Shown piece after piece: positions 39,095 through 48,519 of a DNA stretch of 64,000 bases (positions are counted from its first letter, which is position 1; each line of letters begins with the position of its first letter). Source of the DNA: Dehalococcoidia bacterium. GTDB taxonomy: Bacteria > Chloroflexota > Dehalococcoidia > Plut-88900. The stretch spans positions 1,344,001 through 1,408,000 of the forward strand of contig OZ240215.1 in NCBI GenBank assembly GCA_965197585.1, in the 5' to 3' direction. Made by a program: the position numbers and the translations under genes. Below the pieces are notes generated by a model. It saw nothing but the letters and a program-made list of their open reading frames with translations, was not told the origin of the DNA and did not search any database.

Positions 39095-41095
39095 TTGGCC
39101 GAGCTTGGAACCCTATCCCTCTTTTTCGCCCTGATACTAGCCCTCTACGCTTGCGTGGGCTCGGTATTCGGCGTCCGGAGAAGCCTCCCGGAGCTGGTTA
39201 CCAGCGCCCGGTACAGCGCCTACCTGACACCCCTCCCTGTAGCTATCGCTGTTCTCGCCCTGGTGGGCGCTTTCTTGTCTCGGGACTTCGATGTCAAATA
39301 CGTGGCCGAGCACAGTAACGCGGCTATGTCCCGCGCCTACGCCTGGGTCGCCTTTTACGCAGGCAACGAAGGGTCAATCCTATTTCTCGCCGTAGCGCTC
39401 TCCATCGCTGCGGCTATCGCCCTTGCCTTGGCTCCGAGGCTCCACCAAGCCAGTCTCGCCTATACCTGCTCAATTATTACGGGAGTCCTCGCCTTCTTCC
39501 TGGCCGTACTCGTCTTCCTCGCCAATCCTTTCGAAACTACCGCCGTCGCCGTCCCCGACGGCCGAGGCATGAACCCCCTTCTCACCCACCCGGGCATGTT
39601 CGTGCATCCTCCTATGTTGATGACCGGGCTCGTCACCGTCTCCATTCCCTTCGCCTTCGCTATGGGTTCCTTGCTCGCAGGTAGGACTGGAGACGAGTGG
39701 GTCGATACTGGCAGGACGTGGGCCCTCGTCTCCTGGGGCATCCTTGGCACTGGCCTGCTGCTCGGCGGCTGGTGGGCTTACACGATACTGGGGTGGGGTG
39801 GATTCTGGGCATGGGATCCCGTGGAGAACGCCGGTTTTATGCCGTGGCTCGTGCTAACCGCCTTTGTGCATTCGATAATGGTGCAGAAGAGGCGGGGCAT
39901 GTTCAGAGTGTGGAATATTGCCTTGATCAACGTGGCCTTCACATCTTCTCTCCTTGGTATGTTCATCAACCGTGGTGGCCCGACACCCTCGGTCCACTCC
40001 TTCGCCGAATCTGTCTTGGGATGGGTGTTTCTCGGCTTCATGGTTGTTACCGCACTGTTCTCATTCGGCGTACTTTTCCGCCGCATGTCACTCCTACGCA
40101 ACGCACAGCAACTGGAATCCAAGCTTTCCAGGGAGACTGCGTTCCTCGTCAATAATCTCCTCTTCCTTGCTATCGCCTTCGTCATCATCTGGGGGCAGGT
40201 CTTTCCCGTTATCTCGGACACCGTGACCGGGGTCTCCATCACTGTCGGGGAGCCTTTCTACAACCGGGTCAACGGGCCCCTGCTCCTGGCCGTCGTGTTC
40301 CTCATGGGCATCGGGCCCCTCATCCCCTGGCGCCGAGGATCTTTGACCCAACTCCGTAAAGCTCTGCTAATACCCTTCGCCATCGCACTTGCCGTTGACC
40401 TCATCCTCATCGGGTTCGGTATTGCCAAGGCGTTCCCCCTGCTCGCTGTTGGGCTTTCGGTTGCAGTGGCGGTCGGAATCTTCAGAGAGTGGTACCGTGG
40501 AACCAGGGCCCGACACCGCGGCGGCGAATCTTACCCTGTCGCCTTCCTCCGCCTCATCTCGGCTAACCGACCCCGCTATGGAGGCTATGTTGTCCACCTC
40601 GCCATCGTGATGATGGCCCTCGCAATAGTCGGCACCTATTTCTTTGACACACAGAAGGACGTCCGACTAGCCGAAGGTCAAAGCGCTGAAGCCGCCGGAT
40701 ACACCATCACATATCTCGAAACCGAACAGAGAGACTTTCCGGACCGCACCCAACGCATAGCAAGCGTGGAAATCTCGGACGCAGACGGCGAGTCTTTAGG
40801 CATTTTCAAGCCCGAGCAGTCCTTCTATCCGGCCTTCAGCCTGAGGCCCGCCCGCGCCGCAATCCGCTCTACCCCCCTGGAGGATGTCTACATCATTCCC
40901 AACGATTTCTTCCCCGACGGTACAGTCGGATTCCGCATACTGGTGAACCCTCTTGTGATGTGGATGTGGGTCGCCGGACCTGTGATGGTCCTCGGCACCC
41001 TCATAGCTCTGTGGCCGGGAAGGCGCGCAAGCCGGGCCCCGGCGCCTGCTCCGACGCCGTCCATAAACCCGGCATACGCGTCGGCATCAAAGTGA
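39095..41095 (+). CDS. ccmF: Heme lyase CcmF
   Basis: HPP, WGGFWAWDPVEN, SVHSFA, YGGYVVH. Confidence 0.96.
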   Translation: MAELGTLSLFFALILALYACVGSVFGVRRSLPELVTSARYSAYLTPLPVAIAVLALVGAFLSRDFDVKYVAEHSNAAMSRAYAWVAFYAGNEGSILFLAVALSIAAAIALALAPRLHQASLAYTCSIITGVLAFFLAVLVFLANPFETTAVAVPDGRGMNPLLTHPGMFVHPPMLMTGLVTVSIPFAFAMGSLLAGRTGDEWVDTGRTWALVSWGILGTGLLLGGWWAYTILGWGGFWAWDPVENAGFMPWLVLTAFVHSIMVQKRRGMFRVWNIALINVAFTSSLLGMFINRGGPTPSVHSFAESVLGWVFLGFMVVTALFSFGVLFRRMSLLRNAQQLESKLSRETAFLVNNLLFLAIAFVIIWGQVFPVISDTVTGVSITVGEPFYNRVNGPLLLAVVFLMGIGPLIPWRRGSLTQLRKALLIPFAIALAVDLILIGFGIAKAFPLLAVGLSVAVAVGIFREWYRGTRARHRGGESYPVAFLRLISANRPRYGGYVVHLAIVMMALAIVGTYFFDTQKDVRLAEGQSAEAAGYTITYLETEQRDFPDRTQRIASVEISDADGESLGIFKPEQSFYPAFSLRPARAAIRSTPLEDVYIIPNDFFPDGTVGFRILVNPLVMWMWVAGPVMVLGTLIALWPGRRASRAPAPAPTPSINPAYASASK

Positions 41096-41108
41096 GGAAG
41101 GCCGTCTC

Positions 41109-41582
41109 GTGGTCATAGCCATCGGCGTCCTTCTGGCCTTAGTGTGTCTGGCGGTAGCGGCTATTCCTTTTCTCAAATACCGACACTCTCGCCAGACCGT
41201 GGACCCTCTTCAGGTGATATCTGAGCTTCAGACTCAGCGTCAACGCCTCTACAAGGAACTCCTCACCCTGGAAGACAATAACAAGACAGGCGCCGTCCCC
41301 GAGCCCGAGTTCAACGCCGTCTCCCTGACTCTCCGCCGCCGCGCCGCAGAGAATCTCTGGATTCAACGCCGTTGGGAGGAGCGATTGACCGACCTGGACC
41401 TGGCCATAGAGCAGTTGATCTCTCTGCAAAAGCAAGGCGTTTCTTCCTTGCAAGACGCCACGCCCCATGAGCAGGGCCATAATGCCAAACCTTGTCCCGA
41501 ATGCGGGGCCGAGGTACCGATAGGCACGCCCATTTGCCCCAAGTGCGGCGCCCAACCGGAGAAAACACAACCGGCTCCCTAG
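41109..41582 (+). CDS. CcmI-like membrane-anchored protein with C-terminal zinc ribbon
   Basis: N-terminal TM, coiled segment, CPECG...CPKCG. Confidence 0.65.
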   Translation: MVIAIGVLLALVCLAVAAIPFLKYRHSRQTVDPLQVISELQTQRQRLYKELLTLEDNNKTGAVPEPEFNAVSLTLRRRAAENLWIQRRWEERLTDLDLAIEQLISLQKQGVSSLQDATPHEQGHNAKPCPECGAEVPIGTPICPKCGAQPEKTQPAP

Positions 41583-41599
41583 AGCCGGAAGTCATTGCG

Positions 41600-42814
41600 A
41601 TGCCCAGCTATATGAAAACCCTGTTAATCGCCTTTGCCCTGGTCCTGGCGATGCTCGCAATTGCTGTAGTCCCCGCCTCGGCTGATGAGCACTTCATTAA
41701 CGGTCGGGTAGTCAACCAGACTCCCGGCGCCGATCCGCCCTCAGGTCTGCAGGTCGTCCTCACAATCTTTGAAGACGGGACACCCATAGGGCAACTCACG
41801 GCGACAACCAACGCAGATGGCGCATTCGCATTCGAGGACATCCCTCGGGTCCTGGGTCTCCGCTACCTTCTGCAACTTCAGTACGATGGTGGCCAGTACC
41901 AGACCGAGCTAGACCCAGCCTTATCGGAGCCCGTGCAGATTGTCGTCTACGACTCCACATCCGACCTCACCTCACTCTCCGTCCTCGACGATACCATCAT
42001 GGTGACCCGAGAGGAGGGGCAGTACGAGCAGTTAACCGTCCGGCAGGTTGTCCGAGTCCGAAACGAGACCCTGCAAACCTTCGTACCTTCCTTCGGGGAT
42101 CCCGGTGCCGGCATGATGAACTTCCTCCGAGTCTCCATGCCCGCCGGTTTCTCCGAGATGACCATCAGGAGCGATCTCCAGGGTGGTCAGGTGATACCCG
42201 TAGACCGGGGTGTGGGCATCACGACTGCCGTTCCTCCCGGCATTCACGCCATAGTGTTCTCCTACGCCGCCCCCTATGATCGGTCGGACCTCATTTTCGA
42301 ACCCCTCTACCCGCAGGGCGCAGACATGGTGCGTGTCCTGGTGCGAGAGGACGTGGGTCTGCTAATCGGCGCCGACCTCCGTGAAGAGGCCCCCGTTACA
42401 GTCTCCGGCAGCAGCTTCAAGGTCTACAGTATCGGCCCCGTCCCCATTGGCAACCGAGTCACTCTCGGATTCACCGATCTTCCCCAGGCCCCCTGGACCA
42501 CCACAATCGCCGATGCCTTCACGACCCAGTGGAAAATTACGGCCATCATACCCGGCGTTACCGCATTGATTTTCCTGGTACTCCTCGGATATGCCTGGAG
42601 GCTCCAGAAGCGAGACCCGCGCCCCGTGGACGCCGCCATTCTTACCGCCAACATACAGAGCCAGCCCGACCAGATGGAGCTCGTACGACAAATCGCCGGC
42701 CTGGACGAACGGCGTGAAGCGGGAGAGACGCAGGACTCCGCCTACGAGCAACGCAGGTCTCTTCTGAAACGCAGACTTCTTTCCCGAGCGCTAAAGGACG
42801 CATCCTCGGCCTGA
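41600..42814 (+). CDS. Exported membrane-anchored hypothetical protein (carboxypeptidase regulatory-like N-domain)
   Basis: Signal peptide, TTNADGAFAF beta-sandwich motif, C-terminal TM; lies within the ccm cluster. Confidence 0.65.
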   Translation: MPSYMKTLLIAFALVLAMLAIAVVPASADEHFINGRVVNQTPGADPPSGLQVVLTIFEDGTPIGQLTATTNADGAFAFEDIPRVLGLRYLLQLQYDGGQYQTELDPALSEPVQIVVYDSTSDLTSLSVLDDTIMVTREEGQYEQLTVRQVVRVRNETLQTFVPSFGDPGAGMMNFLRVSMPAGFSEMTIRSDLQGGQVIPVDRGVGITTAVPPGIHAIVFSYAAPYDRSDLIFEPLYPQGADMVRVLVREDVGLLIGADLREEAPVTVSGSSFKVYSIGPVPIGNRVTLGFTDLPQAPWTTTIADAFTTQWKITAIIPGVTALIFLVLLGYAWRLQKRDPRPVDAAILTANIQSQPDQMELVRQIAGLDERREAGETQDSAYEQRRSLLKRRLLSRALKDASSA

Positions 42815-42860
42815 TCCCCCAGCACCCTAGACCTGTCCAGAACCCGAAAGGTCATTCACA

Positions 42861-43379
42861 GTGTGGGACCTCTTCGACATCCTGGCCCTCATAGTCCGAT
42901 CCGTCCACGCCGTTTCCTCCGTGCTTTGGATTGGCGGCAGCATCTTCTACCTCATTGTCCTCAGGCCCGCGCTCCGGGATGCGGAGAAATCAGGAGCCCC
43001 GCCTGGCAGGATAGTATCCCGTCTGGTCGCTCTCCATTTCAGGGAATGGGTACACGTGTCGATGATCGCGCTGCTGGTGAGCGGGGCCATTCTCACCTTC
43101 GACCGGCTCACCGAGCCCACGGTGTCAGCTCTCTACATCGGGGCCCTTGCATCCAAGATCGGCATAGCATTCTGGCTCTTCGGCATCGGCACTGCCACCT
43201 ACAGGAAGAAACTGATAGAGCGGAGGCATGAGGCCGGTGATATGGGAGAAGGGAAAAGAAACATCGCCTCCCGTTGGCTGCAACCTCTCGTTTCCCCATC
43301 GATGATCGTGTACGGGGGCCTCGTAGTCATCCTCCTCAGCGACCTCCTAAACGCCACGTTCATAAAGGGCATCTCCTGA
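42861..43379 (+). CDS. CopD-like membrane protein
   Basis: RSVHAVSSVLWIGG motif, 4 TM segments. Confidence 0.6.
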   Translation: MWDLFDILALIVRSVHAVSSVLWIGGSIFYLIVLRPALRDAEKSGAPPGRIVSRLVALHFREWVHVSMIALLVSGAILTFDRLTEPTVSALYIGALASKIGIAFWLFGIGTATYRKKLIERRHEAGDMGEGKRNIASRWLQPLVSPSMIVYGGLVVILLSDLLNATFIKGIS

Positions 43380-43426
43380 TCTATCTTCACCGGTGGGGAA
43401 TAAATATACCGAATGAGTACACCGAC

Positions 43427-43455
43427 TTGACGCCACATTTCACCTATTGTAGTAT
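43427..43455 (+). promoter_or_regulatory. Sigma70 promoter upstream of the NYN gene
   Basis: TTGACG-N17-TAGTAT. Confidence 0.7.
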
Positions 43456-43461
43456 TGACCT

Positions 43462-43549
43462 GTACATCTTCCCTGGCGTCCGCCTTTGAGCGCACGTCAG
43501 GTTGGTATTAGGTCCCGTGGACGGAGCGCTCTTTTGGGCGCTCCGTTTT
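43462..43549 (+). ncRNA. Putative structured leader/small RNA ending in an intrinsic terminator
   Basis: Stem cctggcgt/acgtcagg (43472-43501), then terminator acggagcgctc-tttt-gggcgctccgt-ttt (43521-43549). Confidence 0.45.
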
Positions 43550-43571
43550 GCATGAGGAGAACAAAGGGCGT

Positions 43572-44138
43572 TTGGCTGGACGTGTAGCCATCTTCATAGA
43601 CGGGGCCTATCTGGATCGTGTCTTGAAAGACGAATTCAGCGGAAGCCGTATAAGCTATCGGGCACTGTCACAGGAGCTTGCCCAAAGCTCAGACATCTTA
43701 AGGACCTACTATTATCACTGCCGGGTTTACCAGAGTCAGCCTTCGACCCAAGATGAACGCATACGCTATTCTGCACAAGGAAGGTTTTTTGAAGCCTTGG
43801 AACGCCTGCCAAGATACACCGTCCGCCTGGGTAGGTTGGCTTTGCGTGGAACTGATGCTAAGGGCTTACCCAAGTATGAACAAAAGAGAGTTGACATTCT
43901 GCTGGGGGTGGACATGGTGTTACTAGCCGCCAAGCAGCAGGTCCAGGAAGTGGTGTTGGTGGCGGGAGACAGCGACTTTATTCCCGCAATTTCGGTCGCT
44001 AAGTCTGAAGGCGTTTTAGTAAGGCTGTATCACGGAGAACGCCCCCACTCCGACCTCCTCCGAGAAGCCGACGAAAGAACCCGCATCGACAAGTCCTTCG
44101 TAGATTCCGTCTTGCTCACCAAACCCCAGTCCAACTAA
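43572..44138 (+). CDS. NYN domain (LabA/DUF88, PIN-like) putative ribonuclease
   Basis: IFIDGAY, RTYYY, EQKRVDILLGVD, AGDSDF, LLREADE; GAGGAG RBS, probable TTG start. Confidence 0.9.
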   Translation: MAGRVAIFIDGAYLDRVLKDEFSGSRISYRALSQELAQSSDILRTYYYHCRVYQSQPSTQDERIRYSAQGRFFEALERLPRYTVRLGRLALRGTDAKGLPKYEQKRVDILLGVDMVLLAAKQQVQEVVLVAGDSDFIPAISVAKSEGVLVRLYHGERPHSDLLREADERTRIDKSFVDSVLLTKPQSN

Positions 44139-44276
44139 CCCGTTATCCTCGGTTTTAAACAGTCAAGTTGCCGTCTGACTTGGGCCGGGGGTTCCTCAAT
44201 GGGTCTATTCTCCCATTCCTTGAATCCCCGCGTCTTACCATCTATCATTTAGTAGTTAGTGACGCCCATCACAACT

Positions 44277-44996
44277 ATGAGTGCCAACGCGACACCACAA
44301 TCCCCCGCCATCCAGACCCGAGACCTCACCCGAAAATACGGTCGTGTCACCGCCATAAACAGCCTGGACATCACCATAGAGCCGGGAGAGAAGGTAGTTC
44401 TCGTAGGGCCGAACGGCTCCGGTAAAACGACCCTGATCAAGCTCCTTTCCACCCTCATCAAACCCACGTCCGGTGACCTATTCATCCACGGATACGACGT
44501 CGCCAAGCATGACGCCGGTATCAGGTCCACAATTGGGGTAGTCCTCCACGAACCCCTCCTTTATGGTCGGCTCACCGCCGCCGAAAACCTCCGCTTCTAC
44601 GCAAGAATGTTCCACGTTCCTGATGCGGAGCAGAGAATCGATGCCCTGGCCGATCAGCTCGACCTCACCCCCTTGCTCAAGACCCGGATCGACATTCTCT
44701 CCCACGGTCAGCGCAAGCGCGTCTCCATGCTCAGGGCCGTCCTCCACAACCCGGGGATTCTCCTTCTGGATGAGCCCGACTCAGGCCTCGACAGCGCAGC
44801 TCTTCAACGCCTCTTTGACTTCTGTAACAGCCAACCCCGCACCATCATTATGTCGACACACAATATCGATAACGGCCTCCGGATAGCTGATCGGGCTCTC
44901 TTCCTGAAGAGAGGACGAGTAGTGATGGACTCCGGCGTGGAAGCGTTAGAGAAAGACGTTTTAAACACTCGATACCAGGCCTTGGCCGTCGGCTAG
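44277..44996 (+). CDS. ccmA: Heme ABC exporter ATP-binding protein CcmA
   Basis: GPNGSGKT, LSHGQ, LLLDEP; directly before ccmB. Confidence 0.88.
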   Translation: MSANATPQSPAIQTRDLTRKYGRVTAINSLDITIEPGEKVVLVGPNGSGKTTLIKLLSTLIKPTSGDLFIHGYDVAKHDAGIRSTIGVVLHEPLLYGRLTAAENLRFYARMFHVPDAEQRIDALADQLDLTPLLKTRIDILSHGQRKRVSMLRAVLHNPGILLLDEPDSGLDSAALQRLFDFCNSQPRTIIMSTHNIDNGLRIADRALFLKRGRVVMDSGVEALEKDVLNTRYQALAVG

Positions 44997-45006
44997 TCTG
45001 CGAATC

Positions 45007-45678
45007 ATGTCCTACTGGCAAGCCATAGCAGCAATAGTGAAGAAGGACCTCCTGGTCGAGGTACGGGGCAAGGAGGTCGTCCTTGCCGTCAGTTTCTTCG
45101 TTCTGCTCATGGTCTTCACCTTCAACTTCGCCTTCAGGCCCGGGTCGGTGCCCACTGAAGTCATGACCCCCGGCGTCCTCTGGTTCACCTTCCTTTTCGC
45201 CGGCATGCTCAGCTTCCAGCGAGTGGTGAGTTCCGAGCAGGAAAACGGTTGCCTGGACGGCCTCATGCTATGCCCCTATGGCCGGGACGTGATCTTCATC
45301 TCCAAGACCATAAGCAGCTTCCTATTCGTCATGATGGTCGAGGCCATAGCCATCCCCATTTTCGCGGTGGTCTTTAACCTCTCCAGCGTTCCCATTCAAC
45401 TTATCCTGATAATCCCCGTGGCCACCCTCGGCATAGCGATAGTCGGCACTTTCCTCGCGGCCCTGTCCATGAACACCCGACTCCGAGAAGTGATGCTGCC
45501 CGTTCTGATGATTCCCCTGGTCGTGCCTGCGGTCATCGGCGCTGTGGAGTCCACTGGGGACGCCTTCGAAGGCGCAGGCTGGGCCGCCGTTCAGCCTTGG
45601 ATTTACGTACTTATCATATTCGACGTAGTATTCCTGGTAGTCGGCTTTCTTACATTCGAGCACGTGCTGGAAGAATAG
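45007..45678 (+). CDS. ccmB: Heme exporter CcmB
   Basis: KKDLLVE, EQENGCLDGL, REVMLPVL. Confidence 0.92.
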   Translation: MSYWQAIAAIVKKDLLVEVRGKEVVLAVSFFVLLMVFTFNFAFRPGSVPTEVMTPGVLWFTFLFAGMLSFQRVVSSEQENGCLDGLMLCPYGRDVIFISKTISSFLFVMMVEAIAIPIFAVVFNLSSVPIQLILIIPVATLGIAIVGTFLAALSMNTRLREVMLPVLMIPLVVPAVIGAVESTGDAFEGAGWAAVQPWIYVLIIFDVVFLVVGFLTFEHVLEE

Positions 45679-45687
45679 GCATCACGT

Positions 45688-46389
45688 ATGGAACAAACTA
45701 TAAATGCCCCTTCTCGCCGACGCAGGTTCACTTGGATGGACAGTTTGTTCGCCCTGATCACCGTCCTGATGATCGTCAATGTCTACTTGATTTTCCTCTG
45801 GGCCCCGGAGGAGGTCAAACAGGGCAACGTTCAGCGCCTCTTCTACTTCCATCTCCCCATGGCATGGATTGCCTATCTGGCCTTCTTCCTGGTGTTCATA
45901 TTCAGCATCCTGCACCTTCGGAAACACAGTGCCCGGTGGGACAGGTGGGCCTATTCTTCCGCCGAGTTGGGCGTAGTATTCACCTCCGCAACTATAGTTT
46001 CAGGCATAATCTGGGCCAAGCCGATCTTCGGCGTCTGGTGGACTTGGGACGCCCGGCTCACGACCACCGCCCTCCTCTGGCTCATCTACGTCGGCTACCT
46101 CATGGTCGGGGCTTACTCCGAGTCCTCTGAAAGGTCCTCCCGACTACGGGCTGTCGTGGGCATCATGGGCTTCGTGGTAGTCCCAATTAACTATCTGTCC
46201 GTCTACCTCTGGGACACTGTGCACGTGGAGCCGATAATAGGCGGCGGTGAGGAGGCATTCCTCAGCTCCGAGATGTACACCACGTTGATGTTCAGCCTCG
46301 TTACATTCACTTTGCTGTTCTTTGTCCTGCTGAAAACTAGAGTAATGCTGAGAAAGAGCGAAGAGACCGCCGCCGGTCTCGACTCCTGA
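45688..46389 (+). CDS. ccmC: Heme exporter CcmC
   Basis: YFHLP, WAKPIFGVWWTWDARLT, C-terminal His. Confidence 0.93.
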   Translation: MEQTINAPSRRRRFTWMDSLFALITVLMIVNVYLIFLWAPEEVKQGNVQRLFYFHLPMAWIAYLAFFLVFIFSILHLRKHSARWDRWAYSSAELGVVFTSATIVSGIIWAKPIFGVWWTWDARLTTTALLWLIYVGYLMVGAYSESSERSSRLRAVVGIMGFVVVPINYLSVYLWDTVHVEPIIGGGEEAFLSSEMYTTLMFSLVTFTLLFFVLLKTRVMLRKSEETAAGLDS

Positions 46390-46404
46390 CCTGGAAGAGG
46401 AGCT

Positions 46405-46860
46405 ATGGAAGACAATTTCGGATACCTTTTTGCCGGTTTTGCAATAGGCTGGGGGATCTTTATGGGCCTGGCGTACTGGATCTACAGGCGCGTTGCCCGC
46501 GTCGGCCAGGACATCGAAGAGATGAAACGGGCTCGCGTCCCCCGCAGCGACAAATACCCAATGGCTACGGACTCTCACGTTGACCCCGCCATCGAGGCGT
46601 ATACTCCTTGGCTGTCGCCGCGCAAGAAAACCATTACCGGGGCTATAGTTATAGCAATCGCTCTAGCGACCTTCGTCTCTCTTTCCATCATCTTCTTAGT
46701 CATCACGAGGGAAGACAATGCAGGATATCTCTATGCCGGTTTCACAATAGGTTGGGTCATCTTCATAGGCCTGATATGCTGGGTATATAGGCGTGTAGCC
46801 CTAGTCAGCCAGGACGTCGGATGGCTCAACCGGGCTCGCTATACTCATTCACACGATTAA
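46405..46860 (+). CDS. Chimeric CcmD-(CcmE N-terminus)-CcmD membrane protein
   Basis: Two CcmD-like EDNxGYLxAGFxIGW...RRV segments flank a copy of the CcmE N-terminus. Confidence 0.65.
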   Translation: MEDNFGYLFAGFAIGWGIFMGLAYWIYRRVARVGQDIEEMKRARVPRSDKYPMATDSHVDPAIEAYTPWLSPRKKTITGAIVIAIALATFVSLSIIFLVITREDNAGYLYAGFTIGWVIFIGLICWVYRRVALVSQDVGWLNRARYTHSHD

Positions 46861-46863
46861 CCT

Positions 46864-47331
46864 ATGGCTTCAGATTCCCGCATAGATCCCGCCATCGAGG
46901 CGTATACCCCGTGGCTATCCCCGCGCAAGAAGACCATCGTGGGGGGGATAGTCCTCATTCTGGCCCTCGCTACCATCATTTCTCTCATTGCCTTCAACGT
47001 CGGGCAGGCTTTCCTGGAGGTGAGCGAGGTACAGCAGAGAGGCTCGATGATCCATGGGCAGGACATCAAAATCAACGGCATCATCGTCCCCGGCTCCATC
47101 GAATACGGCGACCAGGAAGACGTGTCCTTCCAGGTGCTGGACGCCAAGAAGAAGTCGGGCGAACCGCTGGATGTGACATTCGCGGGCGTACCTCCCGGAC
47201 AGTTTGACGTCCCGTCGGTAGAGGTCGTCCTGGAGGGCAGCCTGGAACCCGACAACATATTCCACGCCACCAGCATCATAACGAGGGAGTCCCGACAGTA
47301 CATACCCGTCACCGAGCAGGAGTCCAACTGA
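46864..47331 (+). CDS. ccmE: Heme chaperone CcmE, atypical ExxxY motif
   Basis: TM plus OB-fold pattern (GIIVPGSI, PGQF, VVLEG, FHA) ending TRESRQY. Confidence 0.8.
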   Translation: MASDSRIDPAIEAYTPWLSPRKKTIVGGIVLILALATIISLIAFNVGQAFLEVSEVQQRGSMIHGQDIKINGIIVPGSIEYGDQEDVSFQVLDAKKKSGEPLDVTFAGVPPGQFDVPSVEVVLEGSLEPDNIFHATSIITRESRQYIPVTEQESN

Positions 47332-47357
47332 AGGACAAGGAAACGAGATAAACACCC

Positions 47358-48500
47358 ATGAAAGCAGTACAGCTGATCACGAGTGGCGACTACATGTCAC
47401 ACTACCTGGTCGATGACCATGAATCCTGGAAGGCAGAAGTGCAAGTCCATGAAGGCTACGGGCTCGACAGGTTCGAATACACGGATATACCCCGCCCCGA
47501 GCCCGGTCTCGGTCAGGTAGTTGTCCAGATCAAGGCCTGCGGTCTGAACCATTTGGACGCCTGGGCCGCCAAGGCTCCCAGGGCTGCAATCAGGGAGAAA
47601 CCGGTAACTCCCGGGGCGGATATGGCTGGTGTCGTAGATCAGATAGGACCTGGAGTGATGAATGTCTCTGTAGGGGACCGAGTAATGGTCTACCCCGGCG
47701 TCAAGTGCAACAGTTGCCGATATTGCCTGGCAGGCCGCGACAACCTCTGCCCCAACAAGCCCGGTTTCGGGAGCGGTTGGGACGGCGGGCTCGCCGAGTA
47801 CGCACTGGTACCCGAGCAGAGCATCATCCCCGTCCCCGACAACGTATCCCTCATCGACGCCGCCTCCATGCCCATAATCTTCATGACCGTCTGGCATATG
47901 CTGGTCACCAGGGCCCGAGTCCAGCCGGGCGACACTGTGCTTGTTAACGCTGCGGGAAGCGGCGTGGGTATCGCCGGGATTCAGATAGCCAAGCTTTTCC
48001 ACGCCCGAGTGATTGCCAGCGCCGGCTCCGACCCCAAGCTCGAGAAGGCCCGGAAGCTCGGGGCAGACGACGTCATCAACTACACCACCTCCTCCATTAA
48101 GGAAGAGGTAAAGCGGCTCACCGACGGCTACGGCGTCGACATCGTTGTAGACAGCCTTTCAGGCAACCTGGCAGAGGAGAGCATCGAGGCCTTAGCTGTC
48201 GGCGGCCGGTTCGTTAACTGCGGTTGCACGCTGGGCAACTGGGCAACGGTCAACGTAGCCCGCATGCTGTTCAAGGAGACATCAGTACTGGGCTCGGTGA
48301 TGGGCACCCATCGGGAGCTCGTCGAGTGTCTGCGCCTGGTCTCGGAAGGGAAGCTTCGCGCTGTCATCGACCAGGTGTATCCCCTGTCGCAAGTCCGGGA
48401 CGCGGTGGCTCACTTGCTGGAGCGTCGCATATTCGGGAAGGTCATGGTAGTCCCCGACAGCCAGTACCCGCCCTCCGAGCCCTACTCCACCCTGGACTAA
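47358..48500 (+). CDS. Zinc-binding dehydrogenase/quinone oxidoreductase (MDR)
   Basis: GLNHLD, CNSCRYC...C, AAGSGVG, FGKV. Confidence 0.9.
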   Translation: MKAVQLITSGDYMSHYLVDDHESWKAEVQVHEGYGLDRFEYTDIPRPEPGLGQVVVQIKACGLNHLDAWAAKAPRAAIREKPVTPGADMAGVVDQIGPGVMNVSVGDRVMVYPGVKCNSCRYCLAGRDNLCPNKPGFGSGWDGGLAEYALVPEQSIIPVPDNVSLIDAASMPIIFMTVWHMLVTRARVQPGDTVLVNAAGSGVGIAGIQIAKLFHARVIASAGSDPKLEKARKLGADDVINYTTSSIKEEVKRLTDGYGVDIVVDSLSGNLAEESIEALAVGGRFVNCGCTLGNWATVNVARMLFKETSVLGSVMGTHRELVECLRLVSEGKLRAVIDQVYPLSQVRDAVAHLLERRIFGKVMVVPDSQYPPSEPYSTLD

Positions 48501-48519
48501 CTCCGAAGCCCCACGCTTC

